This document shows positions 16,031-31,586 of a stretch of 64,000 nucleotides of DNA, one piece after another. The translations under genes were made by a program, and so were the position numbers. Positions within the stretch are counted from its first letter, which is position 1, and every line of letters starts with the position of its first letter. Source of the DNA: the human T2T-CHM13v2.0 reference genome, Homo sapiens. Location: the NCBI RefSeq assembly GCF_009914755.1, contig NC_060927.1; one strand, 5' to 3'. The notes under the pieces are model-generated. The model was not told where the DNA came from. It ran no database searches and was given only the letters and a program-made list of their open reading frames with translations.

Positions 16031-18708
16031 TTGACATTCTGCCAGGTAGGATATTGGGACTTTAAAATATTTCATATATTTGAATATTATTGAAGGTGAA
16101 ATTGTAGGAGATATGAGGTGTCAGTACACTTTTATGTGCAAGTTATAGAAACACATTTCAAATGAGCTTAAGCAGAGGGATTTTATTAGCATTACACAGA
16201 ATAGCAGGTTACTGGGGAAGTTTGTAGAATTGAATTAAGAAGCATGGGAACCAAGTTATGAGGACATGCTTGTTGGGGGGCACTCGTGTGCTCCTATGCA
16301 CTTGACTGTTTACCATCAAGCACTCACCCTCAGCCTTCCTGTTCGCTTCTCATCATTGATTGATTTCTTTCTGTTGAAGTTCTCTTTGTGTGGCAGGAAT
16401 TATTGCTGCCAGCAGTTCCAAATATATGTTTTCTCTCCACAAGCCTAGCAGAAAGAGCCCTTGTTTAATTTGCAGTAAGTAGTACTCTGGCCCTTCTTGG
16501 ATCACATGTCCCCCTCCCACCTTGGACAGGTTGCCATGATTATTCACACCTGGATTAGTTAGCCTATCCTTAGATGGAGTGGTGGAGCAGACCATTGTGA
16601 TCAACAGTGGTTAATAATCCCTCCAGAATGAGATAAAACAGGGAGGGAGAGTTGTCCTGGAGGCAGGATTTCTGGGCATTCATAAATGTCCCCTACACAC
16701 TTAGCAAGAGCTCTTTGCCTTTTGGGCAGATGTATTACATATTCAAATCAATGTTTTCAGGAGACTAAGATGGCAATGGTACATAAGTAGCTTGATCATA
16801 TAATTTATCATTCAAATTGGGACACTTTTGAAAGTAAAAGAGGCTACTGTTAATAATTAATGGAATGCCTGTTTGCCACAGGAAAGCTGAGCAACTGAAA
16901 GCAGACAAACGATTTTGGAGTTGTTGCACTAACTTCTGATGTGATACAGGTCTAACAGTAGTTATGACTATAAAACCATACACAGTTTTACAATCACTAT
17001 CAACCACTTGCTGAGAGGAAATAACTTTTTGGAACCAGGTATAAGACTCACAAAAAGGTCAAGATTCACAAAAAGATTAAATCTACAATGAAATAAACTA
17101 TCAGCTTCTCCATAGTTTGTTCTCAGGGGAATCACCCTGGGGTGGTGCTATGACCTGTGAGATTTCACAGTAGAGTGGTTAGTAGAAGGCCTCAAAGTCA
17201 TAAGCCCAACTTAATTTAGTCTTGACTTTGCTGTTTGTCAATTACAAGCTTCAGCAAATTACTTAACCTCTCTGAACCTCAATGTCTTCATCTATAAAAT
17301 GGAAATTATAATACTTCATGTGATTGTGCCTAGAATTATGGTGTATTACTATATGCTATATTAGTATATAGCACATATATATATATATAATTGTAATGCA
17401 TATATTAGTATATGTTTAGTAATACTGAAAGGTTAGCATTAATACTACCAAAAGGGTTAATAAAACGCAAGAGAAAAAAGAAAATTATTGATTTTTCTTT
17501 TAGCAGGTAAAATCTCCTAGTAAACACTGTTCATTGATTCTTTCTTCCATCTGTTTTTACTTACGTGATCTGCTCCTCTGATCTGACAATTCCTCCTGCC
17601 AAACTTACCACAAGTACAAAAGAACACTCCATTTGTTGGCCAGGGAAGAGTGGCTGGACCTCTCTCATTTGGTTTAAAGATGTCTTTGGTTTGTCAGATG
17701 TGTCACTTTTGCCTTTCAAAAATAGTTTCAGGATTGGTAAGAAAGAAAAATCTGGTTCAAAAGACTTTGAATAGTGAGCATGGAGTGAGGAGTGGCAACA
17801 GATGTGGCCCCAAATAAGACTTGGACGGTAAAGGTAGATGGGAATTAGGATCATAACTAGAGAGGACAACAGGGTCAAGGAATGTTACTCAGTGTGTGGG
17901 AGCCTGGGGAAAGAGCCCATCTGTGAAGGGCCAGGCGGATTAGAAGGAGGGCTAAGGTTTAGGGAAAGATAGGAAGGGAGAGAATTGAGGCAAGGAGGAA
18001 TTGCCAGAGATAGGTTAAAAAGGGAGAAGTGTAGATGACAGAATTTCTATTTCTCAAAGAAGGTGGTAGCTGATCTTTAGACAGTAAGAGATTGGAAGCC
18101 AATGCAAGGAGACTCATTCTCTAGTGACTCATGCTGGGCCTGGATCTCACTGCCTGAGCAGATGGGGGCATGGGTAAAGATGCCCCACTTAAAGAAATCT
18201 TCTTATTCTATAAATCGCTCAGCATTGGTTACACATGCTCCCTCTCTCGCCTAAATTTGCCAGTCTTTACTAAACTCAGAAAACTTCGTTGGAGAATTTC
18301 TAGTTATAGAAACAAATAGAACCGAACAAAGGTTGACCTACCTGGTATATCTGGAAAGCTTGATTTATATAAACAGACCAACATACCCATCTGTTCAAAT
18401 GCATCAAACTCAAGTTCTCTGCATTTGAAAGTCTATATACCAAATTAAAGCTTTTATACTGTCCCTTCTTTAGTCTTTAGTGTTGAATTTATAAAGTTAA
18501 GGCATTGAAATACAAATAGTTATGTCATAAGATGTCAAATTCATTTTTCCTACAAATATTTAAGTCCCAGCTATACAATCTGAAGTTATTTTATTACCTT
18601 ATAGCCTCATTTTTAAAGATCTCTTGAAAACAAGGATTTACTCTTTTTTTTTGTTTCTTTGAAAGAAAGAAAGAAACAGGGGTCCTGGAGAGTAAAATAG
18701 CCAAACTC

Positions 18709-19144
<436 letters not shown>

Positions 19145-20023
19145 TAAAAATAAATAGGAATTTTTAAGTTAATGTGGTTTTTCTGTCAGAAAACTCCTAT
19201 AAAAACCATAAGGCACATTAAACTTACTACAAACTTCTAATGGCTCATAACTAACGTTTGTTTTAGCTTCAAGATTAAAAGTGTTTTTGCTACCATTACT
19301 AAGCAAATGTGTGTCTCTTACATTTTACATTACTCTGTTAAAATATAACACATCTTCTTTCAACATTTTGTTGTGAAAGGAGACATTTGTTTTTCATTGA
19401 TTTATTTAAACAAACAAAAAAAAACAGAGCCCAGTTCTTGTGTCAGTAGCTCTTCATCCCTTAGTTTTCTTAATTAATTATCTTCATTATGCGTTACTTT
19501 CAAATGTTTGGAGACATTTGAAAATCCAACTCACAGTAGTTTAAATGTATTACTTAATTAACAGGAAGACTAGAGGTAGAGGACTCAGCACAGACAGGAG
19601 CAGAGACTCAACAGTGTCATCACAAACCCAGCTTCTTTCCATCCATCTGCTCTGTCATCCTTGTTACTGTGACTTCTTAATCCCCCTACTTGTTTCCTCA
19701 CAACTGTAAGATAGAAGCTCCAGCTCCAGACATCAAATCAATGCTCTGAAAGTAGAGGGACGGGGTTTGCCATCATGTTCTGCTCTTGCATCCAATTTAG
19801 AGGCTCTCACTTCCATCCCAAGCCGGACATGCTCATCTCATTTACCTTTCTGAACAATTTGTCAGTTCTTTTCAATAGAGGCAGTCGCGTCCTGCAACAC
19901 AGCTTGACAGAGGAGTTGTTAGCAAGGAAGGAGGGAAATGGTACTGGTGTCTGTCACAGTGTCCTTCCAAATTTAATCATATCCTACTAAAGTCTTCTTT
20001 TAATGGTATTCTATTACATTTAG

Positions 20024-20404
<381 letters not shown>

Positions 20405-23400
20405 TGATCTTTCTAAAACACAATCTGACTTCATCATTAGCTTTCTAGTATGGCTTAAAATAATGGTCATGCTGTACCCCTGGGACATCTTTCCAGCATT
20501 TTCTCTTCCATGTGGACTGCTGGGTATTATTATAATCGCATAGGATTTATGTTCTCTCTTGCTGCTGCATCTTTGTTCTATTGTCTGTCCAGAATAACCT
20601 TCTACTCTTCCTTATAGGCCAGTGTCTCTTTGTACCTCAAACCTAATGCTTTGAGAGGTCTTCCTTAACACCCTGCCCCTTCCAAGCTCAAGCGTCTTTC
20701 CTGTTTCCTTCCACAGCACCTGGTGGGAGCCCTTCTTCCTGCCTGCATCTCTGTATTATGATTTGTTTATGTAATTCACCTATCTTTTGGTACCAGATGG
20801 AGCTTTCTGAGATTAGGGACTGACTCATCCCTGTACAGTTTGTGACCCGTAGGTGATGCTGAAATCATATATTTTTAATGGCAGGAAGGATGTTAAAACT
20901 TTCTGGATGACAGTGTGGGGTACCATACAAAGAATGACCTAGTCCTGTTTCCTAGGAGGTCAAGATAAGTTGGAGGGCATTTTATTTTTTCTTGTTTCTC
21001 AGAACTTGAACCTTTCCTGGCTCTAACTTAGGTATGGATTATGAGTAGAAGACAAGGCTTCTGAAGCAATGAAGCTTTACAAACCAAAGTTATTTGGAAG
21101 AATTGACTCTGAGCACCAAAAACTCACTGGTACAAAGCCAACATGATAACCACTGTACTTAGGAAATGACTCACTGAACTGCATACATAGAACTAGGCCA
21201 GGAGATTTTCTTTTCTTGTGTACCAGCTAGTCAGGTTAGCAACCGCTTTAAATTCTGAGGACTGATAGCCACTAATTCAGATGTACATAGGTGCAAGTAC
21301 TTGATAGAAAGCAGTCTATTTTAAAGTATCACTTAATAAAAGCTCTAAGCAGTCTATGCAGGTAGGAGTAAGTCTTATAAAGATTGGATTTGCCTATTCT
21401 TCACACCAATTCCTTGATTCTGATATTCAGTTACAGGTCACCCGCCCCAGCACCTTGATATGTAGATACAAGTAGGCGTTCTTTACTTTGGGATATGAAA
21501 AGATGACAAAGGGATTGAGTGGGAATGATTAACCTCATACTGGGGAATGACGATTGCTGGATATATCACTTACCACACAATAGATGTATTTAAATGTAAC
21601 AGCTGTAACCAGCATAGGATGGAATTCTGATATCAGGAGTAGGTGATAAACTTAAATTGACATTGGAAAAGAAGTTTCCAGCTTCGTAATTCAGTTAGTC
21701 CAGATGTTTTGACCCCACAGACTGTCGATCCTCCTCAATGTTACAGAAACTTGGTCCCAGATTATGTGTGTTGAGAGTTCACTGTATCATTGTAGAGCTT
21801 TCATTACTTCAGTGGAAGTCCTTACATCTGACATAATCAGATGTATCTAGTTAAAAACTAGTTAGTCTAGCTAAGAAAAAGTTATTCAAATTATACACTT
21901 TGAATGTTTTAAACCTAAACATAAAAGTCCACTCATTTTCTAGTCTTTTGGGAAAAACAGAGTCAAAGCCTTGTCCTGAGTATGGTGCCACTGTTTGATT
22001 TTTTTTTTTCCTGTATCCATAGAACAATTTAATCAATAATGCATTATTCAGTATTTCCAGTTTTTGTTTCTTAAAAATGGCCAGAGACCTTTGCATTCAA
22101 ATATGTACAGAAAAGTCCAGTTCCTCCTAGGCTCTACAATTGGCTTTGAATCTTTTGCCATTGTCTCTCCCACACCTAATACAATAACTGATTTTTTTTC
22201 ATCTTTGTTGTGACTTGCTTTTATTTAGCTTTTCCAAAGCATTCATCTTATTCAATTAGTCATTGAAGATAGACCAGGTTTGGTCTTGTCCTCCCATTTA
22301 ATCAATTAACATAACATTTTGTTAAATTATTTGATGATAACCCACTGAACTGCAGGGGGTAGAAGTGTACAGAAAGAGTGCACTGGCTTTCCAGAAGCAC
22401 TTGGTGTGCCATGGGCATCTAGCAATATGTTTTACAGAGAAAAAGGTGACTAAGAAGTCCTTGGCCTTACATGTGCACATGTTCAACACTAACTTTATTT
22501 AATGGAGTTTTGTTCAATTGCTCACTACCTTGATGTATTCGACAAAATGCCTGCTGTCTGCTGTGTTAACCCTGGCAATTTCTTTTGTCTGTTTTCTTGG
22601 CTTTGCAGCATTCTTGCTAAACAACAACAACAACAACAAAACCCCACTCTGTCTAGCTATATTCTTTCTGATATAGAGAGCTATTAAGGAGGATTATATT
22701 ATCTACCCATTTGACAAGAAGAAACATTTCGTGATTGAAGGCTGAGCTGGAAAATGGTCCCTGGAAGCAGGAGTAGTTCCCTGGACTTTACCCCACCTTG
22801 TGTAATGTGGATTCCTGTTCAAGTGCTTCATCCTGGGCTCTGCTTCCAGGGAACCAACCCCTCCCAAGATGGGGAATTGAGGGCAAGTAAAGAGAGCAGT
22901 GTTCTCATTAACTGTATGAAAGCTGTAAGGAAGATTGAGAAGCAGGATGACACAGAGAAAGATGCTAAGAAAAAAATGTGGCTTCAGGTGAAGGCTCAGC
23001 CTGAACCCAAGGGAGCTCTGGGCTACAGGATGTTTCTTGCCTTGAAGCCACCACTGGGGCAGGGAGTTGCAAAGCAACATAACCTGAGAACTGCAGCTTC
23101 CATCATCCAAGTACAATCCTCCAAAGAAGGCTGAAGTTATGTGAGCAGGTAGCAGCAGCTAAGCAACACATGTGTGAAAACTAAATTGATAAAAGCAGTA
23201 AAAGGGGATCTTTGTAGGTGATTAACTGCAAATTCACAGAATATCAGATAGTAAATGTGTGGTATTGTTAAAATAACTACTTTTATTGGACCCAATTTAT
23301 GAGCCTCCCTAAATTTTCTGGGTTTCTCTTGTCTCTTGGGCCCTCAACTGGTTAGACAAAAAGAGACCAGCCCCAATTTCCAAAGGTCACCAGCTGACCC

Positions 23401-25269
23401 GTCTCCTCTGGGAAAGCCAACTTCAACATGTCCTCTATTATGCCTTCCACCTTGGGAAGTGCAGCAGCTGCAGAATCCAGACATGACCCAAGGAAACACA
23501 CAGACTGTGGTTTCACCTTTCACCTGTTTCCAGACTCAAACACAAAGCATCATGCAGTTAAAATGCCACACAGTAAGGCATGGCATTTGGCTTTCGTAGT
23601 GCTTTTCCCAAGGGGCCATAGGCACAACCAGGAAGAGCATAGGAGCTAATGCCAATGGGGAAAACTTTAACCACTGGGGGGCAACTTATAGATAAATTCC
23701 TTTTTGCTCTCTTCCTCTGATGGATTGTTTTGAGCTGCTGTGGTTCTGTGGAGCATGTCTAGAGATTGTCCCTTGTGACTGAGCAGGTGGCTCTATTTTC
23801 CATTCTGAATCTGTGGCTGGCAAAGCAAGCACCACCTAGTATCTGTTTTCCATTCTTCCTTGTTTCACTTCCCCTTTTCCCTCACTCTTCCTGCCCTGCA
23901 ATTGCACCTCCTCACCTCCCCCAAAACATGTTAGCACATAATCTTAGCTTGATTTCCAAAATCAAAAATAAAAACACACCAAAACAGAACCGAAGGCAAA
24001 GACAGCACCCCTAGAGATCAAAGTTTCAGTACATGTATAAATCCCCTAAATGGTGGGATTTCACTGTGAAACATCAGGAGAGATATTTTGAGTAAAGAGA
24101 GGGTAATCCTGAAATTGTTCTTTTGTTCTTTTTCTGTCTAAACAGTCAATCTTATTAAAATCTAAGTGGATGCTAAGGAACATCCCCAGGATGCTACAAA
24201 GAGTTTTCCTTTGTTAAGACGTCTTTTACAAACTAGCTCGGTGTCATGAGCACTGTGGTGAGGCACAGAAAGTAAAAACAATGCAGAGGAGAATGTAGCA
24301 ACCTAGAAGCTGCTTTTCCTCAAAGGAATGCAGAACATTCATGAACTGGCATAATGATGAGAGTGATGCAAAACATTCTTCTGTTTCAAAAAAGAGAATT
24401 GACCTGTTCTTGTGGCTCTGGTCAGATTGAGACCAGCAGTTATGAGGCCAGGACTAGTCTTTTAAAAAATATATTGACAGATAACATTATATGTTTTTAT
24501 CGTGTACAACATGATATTGTGAAGTACACATACATTGTGAAATGGTTTTGAGCGTTACTAATGTGCAGGCTAGAGAATCTGTCCCAACTGCAAGTGATGT
24601 TTGCATCATCATGTCACAATTAGTACTGATGGCTGTGGTCAATTTAGTCTGGAGCTATTAAGATGGGTATGGGGGAGCTGTTCTGTTTTCGCTATTTTAT
24701 GCTTGTAGAAATGGCCTCAATTTTCTCTTCTGTCTGATTAGTCTTAGCATATGGATTTCTTTTTTGCCATATTCTATTGCAGAGGCTGCCTCTCTCTGCC
24801 TTTCTCCCTCACATCTGGAATCCAGCCAAAAGTACCAGAACAAGATGCTTCTCACATTTGGGCCCTTTTGTAAGGGTGCTGATTGCAACTTGGGCAACTT
24901 CAGTATAATCTAAGGTGGAAGCTTTCTGCTGCTTTTGGGGAAAAAAATAAGTGTCTAAAAATAAAACCTAAGCATAAAAATAGGGCCAAATACTCATTAA
25001 CTGCCTCACTTAGCTGAATGCTGAAATTATTTCAACAGCACTAAATCAAGCCTTTGTGTAGAAGAGGTTGGGCATTTTTTTATTCATAATACTTTATCTT
25101 AGATGATAAATGGGTTACTGTAATTTCTCACTTTATTCAAAACATGAATTAAATAGTCCTCAGAGACTCAATTTTTGGCTCATGCTCATGCTGACCCTTG
25201 AATTGGAGCACTTGTGTTCACAAGTCTCCAGGAATGTATTTTGTGGGCTGCTGTGGAAAAGGATTGGGG

Positions 25270-26300
25270 GACAGACAGGACCAGGAGTGGTGGATTCAAG
25301 GCTTGGGATGCTAGGGTTAAGAATTTGGATCTTACATTAGGTGTGGTGGGAAGCCACTGGAGGGATTTAATTAGGAGAATATTATAGAATGACTTCTTTT
25401 TTTAAAAAATATGACTCCTGACTGCTGTATTGACAGTGGATTGGAAGGAGACAACAGTAGGAAAAGGGTAACCAGCCGAATGCGTATTTGTAGATATCCA
25501 GGTAAGAAGGGATAGTGGCTTTGGAGCAGGATGGTAATGGTAGAGTTGGAGAGTAGGCAAATAATGGAGTTTATCTAATTCATTAACAACAACAAAAAGA
25601 TTGGTTAATAGATTAGATATGGGGCATAAGAGAATGGAAGAGTCAAGATTGATTTCTAAGTTTCTGACCCAAACAACTGGAAGAATTTGGTACTAGGTGA
25701 GATGAAGCCTGGAGAAAGAACAGGATAGTTTTTGCTGTTTTGTTGTGTTTGGGGTGGGTCATAGAGAAGTGGAAAAGGAAATGAGGTGGAAATGGCTCAT
25801 GTTAACTTAGGGAATCTAAATGAACAGTTCAGAAGAATAGTTGAACATATGACCTTGATCCAGTAGATAAGTTTGAGAATCCTTGATGTACAGATTATAT
25901 TCAGAGTGTGAGATGAACTCGCCTAAGGAGAGAATAGAGAGAAAGTAGAAAACCTGGTAACATTCCATATTTCCACATAAATAGGGCAAGCAGAAGAGAA
26001 CCAGTAAAGGACTTAGAAGGAACAGCAGTAAGGAAAGAAAAACTAGGAGAGTATGATGTTCCAGAAACCAAGAGAAGACTCTTAACAAAGGCAGGTAACA
26101 GTCAATTACATTAAATGCTGCTACGAGGTTGAGTTAGATGAGGACAAATAATATCACTGTTTTTGGTGTTCTTGGTAATACTGACAAGGGCAGTTTATGA
26201 CATGTCATGCAGAAAAGAGCCGAGAGTTGGTAGGACATTGTAAAGTGGGAAATGAAGACAGCTATTTAGACAATTATTTCAAGAAATTAATGGAGCTGAG
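25270..26300 (+). mobile_element. Ancient L2 LINE fragments
   Basis: Purine-rich L2-like motifs (ggaagccactggagggattt, tccaggtaagaagggatagtggcttt, tcaagattgatttctaagtttctgac). Confidence 0.5.
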
Positions 26301-26458
26301 AAATAGATAATCAAGAGTAAGGGGAGAATTTTTTGTTTTTTCTCATGCTTCTAAGATGGCTGATTGGAGCATTTATGCCTATAGAATTGATTCAGGAGAG
26401 AGAGAGAGATCCTGATGATGTAGTAGAAAGGAAATATGATTGCAGGGACAAATTTCTT

Positions 26459-27451
26459 TTTTTTTTTAAATTATACTTTAAATTCTGGGTTACATGTGCA
26501 GAACATGCAGTTTTGTTACATAGGTATACAGGTGCCCTGGTGGTTTGCTGCACCCATCAACCCGTCACCTACATTAGGTATTTATCCTAATGTTATCCCT
26601 CCCCTAGCCCCCCACCCCCTGACAGGCCCCGGTGTGTGATGTTCCCCTCCCTGTGTCCATGTTCCACTCCCACTTATGAGTGAGAACATGCAGCGTTTGG
26701 TTTTCTGATCTTGTGATAGTTTCCTGAGAATGACGGTTTCCAGCTTCATCCATGTCCCTGCAAAGGACATGAACTCATCCTTTTTTATGGCCGCATAGTA
26801 TTCCATGGTGTATATGTGCCACATTTTCTTTATACAGTCTATCATTGATGGACATTTGGGTTGGTTCCAAGTCAAAATTAAAAGAACTAGAGAAGCAACA
26901 GCAAACAAATTCAAAAGCTAGCAGAAGACATGAAATAACTAAGATCAGAGAAGAACTGAAGGAGGTAGAGGAACAAAAAACCCTTCAAAAAATCAATGAA
27001 TCCAAGAGCTGTTTTTTTTAAAAAAAAAATCAACAAAATAGATAGACCACTAGCCAGACTAATAAAGAAGAAAAGAGAGAAGAATCAAATAGACACAATA
27101 AAAAATGATAAAGAGGGTATCAGCACTGATCCCACAGAAATACAAACTACCATCAGATAATACTATAAACACCTCTACGCAAATAAACTAGAAAATCTAG
27201 AAGAAATGGATAAATTCCTGGACACATACACCCTCCCAAGTCTAAGCCAGGAAGAAGTCAAATCCCTGAATAGACCAATAACAAGTTCTGAAATTGAGGC
27301 AGTAATTAATAGCCTACCAACCAAAAAAAGTCCAGGACCAGGTGGATTCACAGCCAAATTCTACCAGAGGTACAAAGAGGAGCTGGTACCATTCCTTCTG
27401 AAATGATTCCAAACAATAGAAAAAGAGGGAATCCTCCCTAACTCATTTTAT
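26459..27451 (-). mobile_element. 5'-truncated, 5'-inverted L1PA (twin priming)
   Basis: Poly-T then the L1 3' end on the - strand (26459-26873), joined to an ORF2 segment on the + strand (26874-27451). Perfect 14-bp TSD gggacaaatttctt at 26445-26458 and 27452-27465. Confidence 0.95.
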
Positions 27452-28390
27452 GGGACAAATTTCTTGAATACAGAAAGGTGTGAGATGCAGAGTACAGTGA
27501 AGGGTTTGGCCTTGGATAAGAGCAGAAGGAGAGACAAAAAGAGTGCACCTAGATGTTAATGGGTTGGTTGAGTCAGTGATAGGAGGATGAGGGAGTAGCC
27601 ATAATCAGTTACAACAATTATGAAGTAAGAGCATCAGCTGGAAAAGAGATGAGAACAGGGAATGTCAGTTTCAAGAGAAGGTAGCAAATATTGGAGTCAT
27701 TCTAGGCAATGGGAAGATGAACCTCTAGCAAGACAATGGACATGGAATGTTTCAGGGTTACGTTAAACAAGGTGAATTTGAGTTAATTTTTGCTTGGAAA
27801 GAGACAGTAATTAAATTTCAAGGTTTTTTTTAATGGCATATAGAGGCAAAAGGTATTATTACATGTTTACATATTTTCATAGTAGAAAAATGAGTTTAAC
27901 GATTACTTGTAATCTTACTCTTCCAAAATAATCATTGTGATATCCTTTTATATATTATACATGCAAATACTTCCATAGGAAGAAATATAAAGGTCTCAAT
28001 TTTGATAACTAATACTATTTTGGAGCAGTTTTGACTTTACCAACTATCTTAGTTATTGCTCTAAGAGAAATAAAAACAATTGGACTCATAACTTTGTCAT
28101 ATTGCAAAAGTATTTCTATATTTTGTTGCTTTTTCCATTTTTATAGAGATAATAGAAAATGTACAGTTTTGTTAAAAGGCCTTCTTCCTAAGGTCGTGTT
28201 TTCAATAACTTTCTTATAGTCTTTAAAATGTAAAAATGAAACTCTAAATTATTAATCTACCAGGTTTTATTTTGATAAGATGTGATGAAGGAATCTAATT
28301 TTACTTTTTTAAAAAAATTGTTATTTTAACAGGAGTTACATGTGCAGGCTTGTTACATGGGTATATTGCATGATTAATTTCACTTCTTAA

Positions 28391-28791
<401 letters not shown>

Positions 28792-29620
28792 ACCAAATGA
28801 TACCTTTAAAACTTTCTTTTAGAGATTTTAAAACCAATTGTATGCTATTCTTTAAACAAGCTATTTCTTACAGTGTAAAAATTAACTTTAATCCTATCAT
28901 CTGGGAAAATCAGTTACATTGTACTTGCTTGAAACTGTATTTTTGTGTATACACGTTTTGCCATCTATATTTTCTCACTTTTTTGAGTTTTTGAAACATG
29001 CTTTGTAACCCATGAATTTAATGGCTTGCACTAGTATTGGATATGTAAAAATATATTTTCAGGTTTTAGTTGTTCTTTATGTGTGATTATAAATAACATC
29101 ATAGTTAACACCACTGGCACTTAATATTGAATTTAAATTGGTTTTAGTATTTTCTATCATAAAAGCAAATGTGTCCATGTAGAAAGCTTTAAAAATAACA
29201 AATTATTATCCAGAGAACCACTGTTGCAGATATACTAAATCTTTATTCATTCAAGAGCCATGTTTCAGCACCTGTTAATAGCAGTCACTGCTTCAGATAT
29301 GAAACCTGCTCTTCAGAATTAACATCCTCATATACTTAGTCATATATCTTGTCAGTATCCTATGATCAGAAATGTGTATGTTTTAAAAAAGGAACCATGC
29401 TATTTAGAAATTGTATTGTAATCTAATTTTTCTCTGATAACCTATTAAGAAATTCCTTCCATGCCATTGAACCATCCTTTACAATATTATATTTAATGGC
29501 CACAAAACAATTATTCGTATGAATGTACCACTCTTTTCCAATTCCCTTTTGCATTTTAAATCCATAACATGTGCACTTTACTTCTCTTTGATAGCATGAC
29601 TAATATGTTCTGCACAAGAC

Positions 29621-29684
29621 ATGAAGGCACAGACAGCACTGTCTTTCTTCCTCATTCTCATAACATCTCTGAGTGGATCTCAAG
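29621..29684 (+). CDS. HHLA2: HHLA2 coding exon 1: signal peptide (exon begins 29595 in the 5' UTR)
   Basis: ATG at 29621 gives MKAQTALSFFLILITSLSGSQ + G|gtaatt; acceptor ttgatag at 29594. Confidence 0.96.
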
Positions 29685-31232
29685 GTAATTTCGTTTGTAA
29701 TACAAGTGTTAGTTATTTGCATTATCAGATAGAAACATGAGCACACAATGCAAGGTGGCTATTTCCTCCATAGCCACAGCATCGTGAACTTTCCTAAATC
29801 ATCAGTTAATCAGAAGCAAGGAACAGGCTGGAAGTCTGCATGAAGACTAAAAATTATATATATTTTTTCTGTCCACTCTGATTAAGACTCTTTCTAATCT
29901 GTTGTCTGCTACCAGAAGTAAGTTCACTGGAAAGGCAAGTTTGATTGATTGATTTTTTTTTTTTAAGTGTAAGCTTGGTACTTACCACTTGACAGAAGGC
30001 ATTATCAGCTTTGCTAGGTCCTATGACAGGCATTCTTAATTATCCAGTGAAACATTAGAGGGGTTTAGCAGAGCAATTAGAGAGATCGACAGTCACTCTT
30101 TTCCTTTCCCATCTTTCTGTGTCTTTCTTTCAGCATAATGCCACATCCCTCTAGCTCTCTGCAGAGAGATTAAGTCTCTCTGAGGAAGAGAGGCGGGACA
30201 TGGTAGGGTAGAAAGAGCCGCAGAAGGGAAGGTAGAGGATAAAGACTGTGACAGAGCCACTTGGGCACCCAGTTCTTCCATCTTGGGTGGCCTGGGCCAT
30301 GAGCCAAAGGAGTTACTCCATTGTCCAAAAAATAAGGTCCTTTCCAGTGCTAATATCTTAGAATCCATAGACAGGGCACAAGATCTACTTAAAATATTTT
30401 GTAAATCAAAGCAGTTAGATTACCTCCTTCAATGATAGGAAGTGTCTGGGTATATTTTCTTTGCAAAAATCTCTTATTCTGTTGATTTCATTTGCTTTTT
30501 GAAATTAACTTGTGAAGTTGACAGTGAAAAGAAAACAAAACAAAATAAGTAAATCAAGAGAATTGGGGATTAGGCTTCCAGATTTATCTCCAGATATTCC
30601 TTACCTACATTTTGACCAACTCAGGATATCCTGAGAGCAGTCTTAAACTCAAAGCAAATGAATGACTCTCTTTCCCTTTTGGACTCCTCCTGCTCATGTC
30701 CTTCCCTATTTAGATCTAGTGTACAGATATCAGATTCCTGAACCCAGCATTGTCTTCTATGTGCTCCAAATATTTTCTTACCCAGTCAAGCTGAGTTTAT
30801 TCCATTCTTTTAGGGCCTGCTGGCTGTTGCTAGCTGGATAAACTAATTTATTGTTGCTATAGTAGGAGTTAAATGTGAATGTGTTCTGGGAATGAAATCC
30901 AATGGAGTCTTTTAACATACATGATTTCCAGGCCAGGATTGGAAGAGAGATAAGATTATTGATCAAGTGGGCAGCAAACCAGTGTTTCTATGCCTTGGGC
31001 TGTTACCAGTTCTCCCAGTTACATTGCATAAAACAGATATTCAATTAAAATTAAAACTCAAACACAGAGCTTCACAGGTTTGTTTCTAATAATCAGACAA
31101 GTGTTTTTGATTATGTGGTCTACTAATAATCAGGCTGCTAACCTAGGATAGTTCTTCTGGGTAGTTCTGGTATAATCCTGAACAAGCACATGGCATTAAT
31201 TTTCTTTATAACTTCTCTGCTCTTGACTGTAG

Positions 31233-31586
31233 GCATATTCCCTTTGGCTTTCTTCACTTATGTTCCTATGAATGAACAAATCGTCATTGGAAGACTTGAT
31301 GAAGATATAATTCTCCCTTCTTCATTTGAGAGGGGATCCGAAGTCGTAATACACTGGAAGTATCAAGATAGCTATAAGGTTCACAGTTACTACAAAGGCA
31401 GTGACCATTTGGAAAGCCAAGATCCCAGATATGCAAACAGGACATCCCTTTTCTATAATGAGATTCAAAATGGGAATGCGTCGCTATTTTTCAGAAGAGT
31501 AAGCCTTCTGGACGAAGGAATTTACACCTGCTATGTAGGAACAGCAATTCAAGTGATTACAAACAAAGTGGTGCTAAAGGTGGGAG
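31233..31586 (+). CDS. HHLA2: HHLA2 IgV1 exon
   Basis: ag|GC...GGA G|gtaagt, 354 nt, phase 1-1. GIFPLAFFTYVPMNEQ...DEGIYTCYV...VLKVG (B7-family V-set). Confidence 0.98.

Noticed and set aside
22703-23134. Overlapping 137-aa and 126-aa ORFs
   Set aside because: No recognisable domain; they lie in old LTR-like sequence and are likely chance ORFs.
26874-26895. The inverted L1 fragment starts at the same ORF2 position where the nested L1 inserted in the other host
   Set aside because: The shared A-rich ttaaaa-like motif can explain both events; two cases are not evidence of a link.
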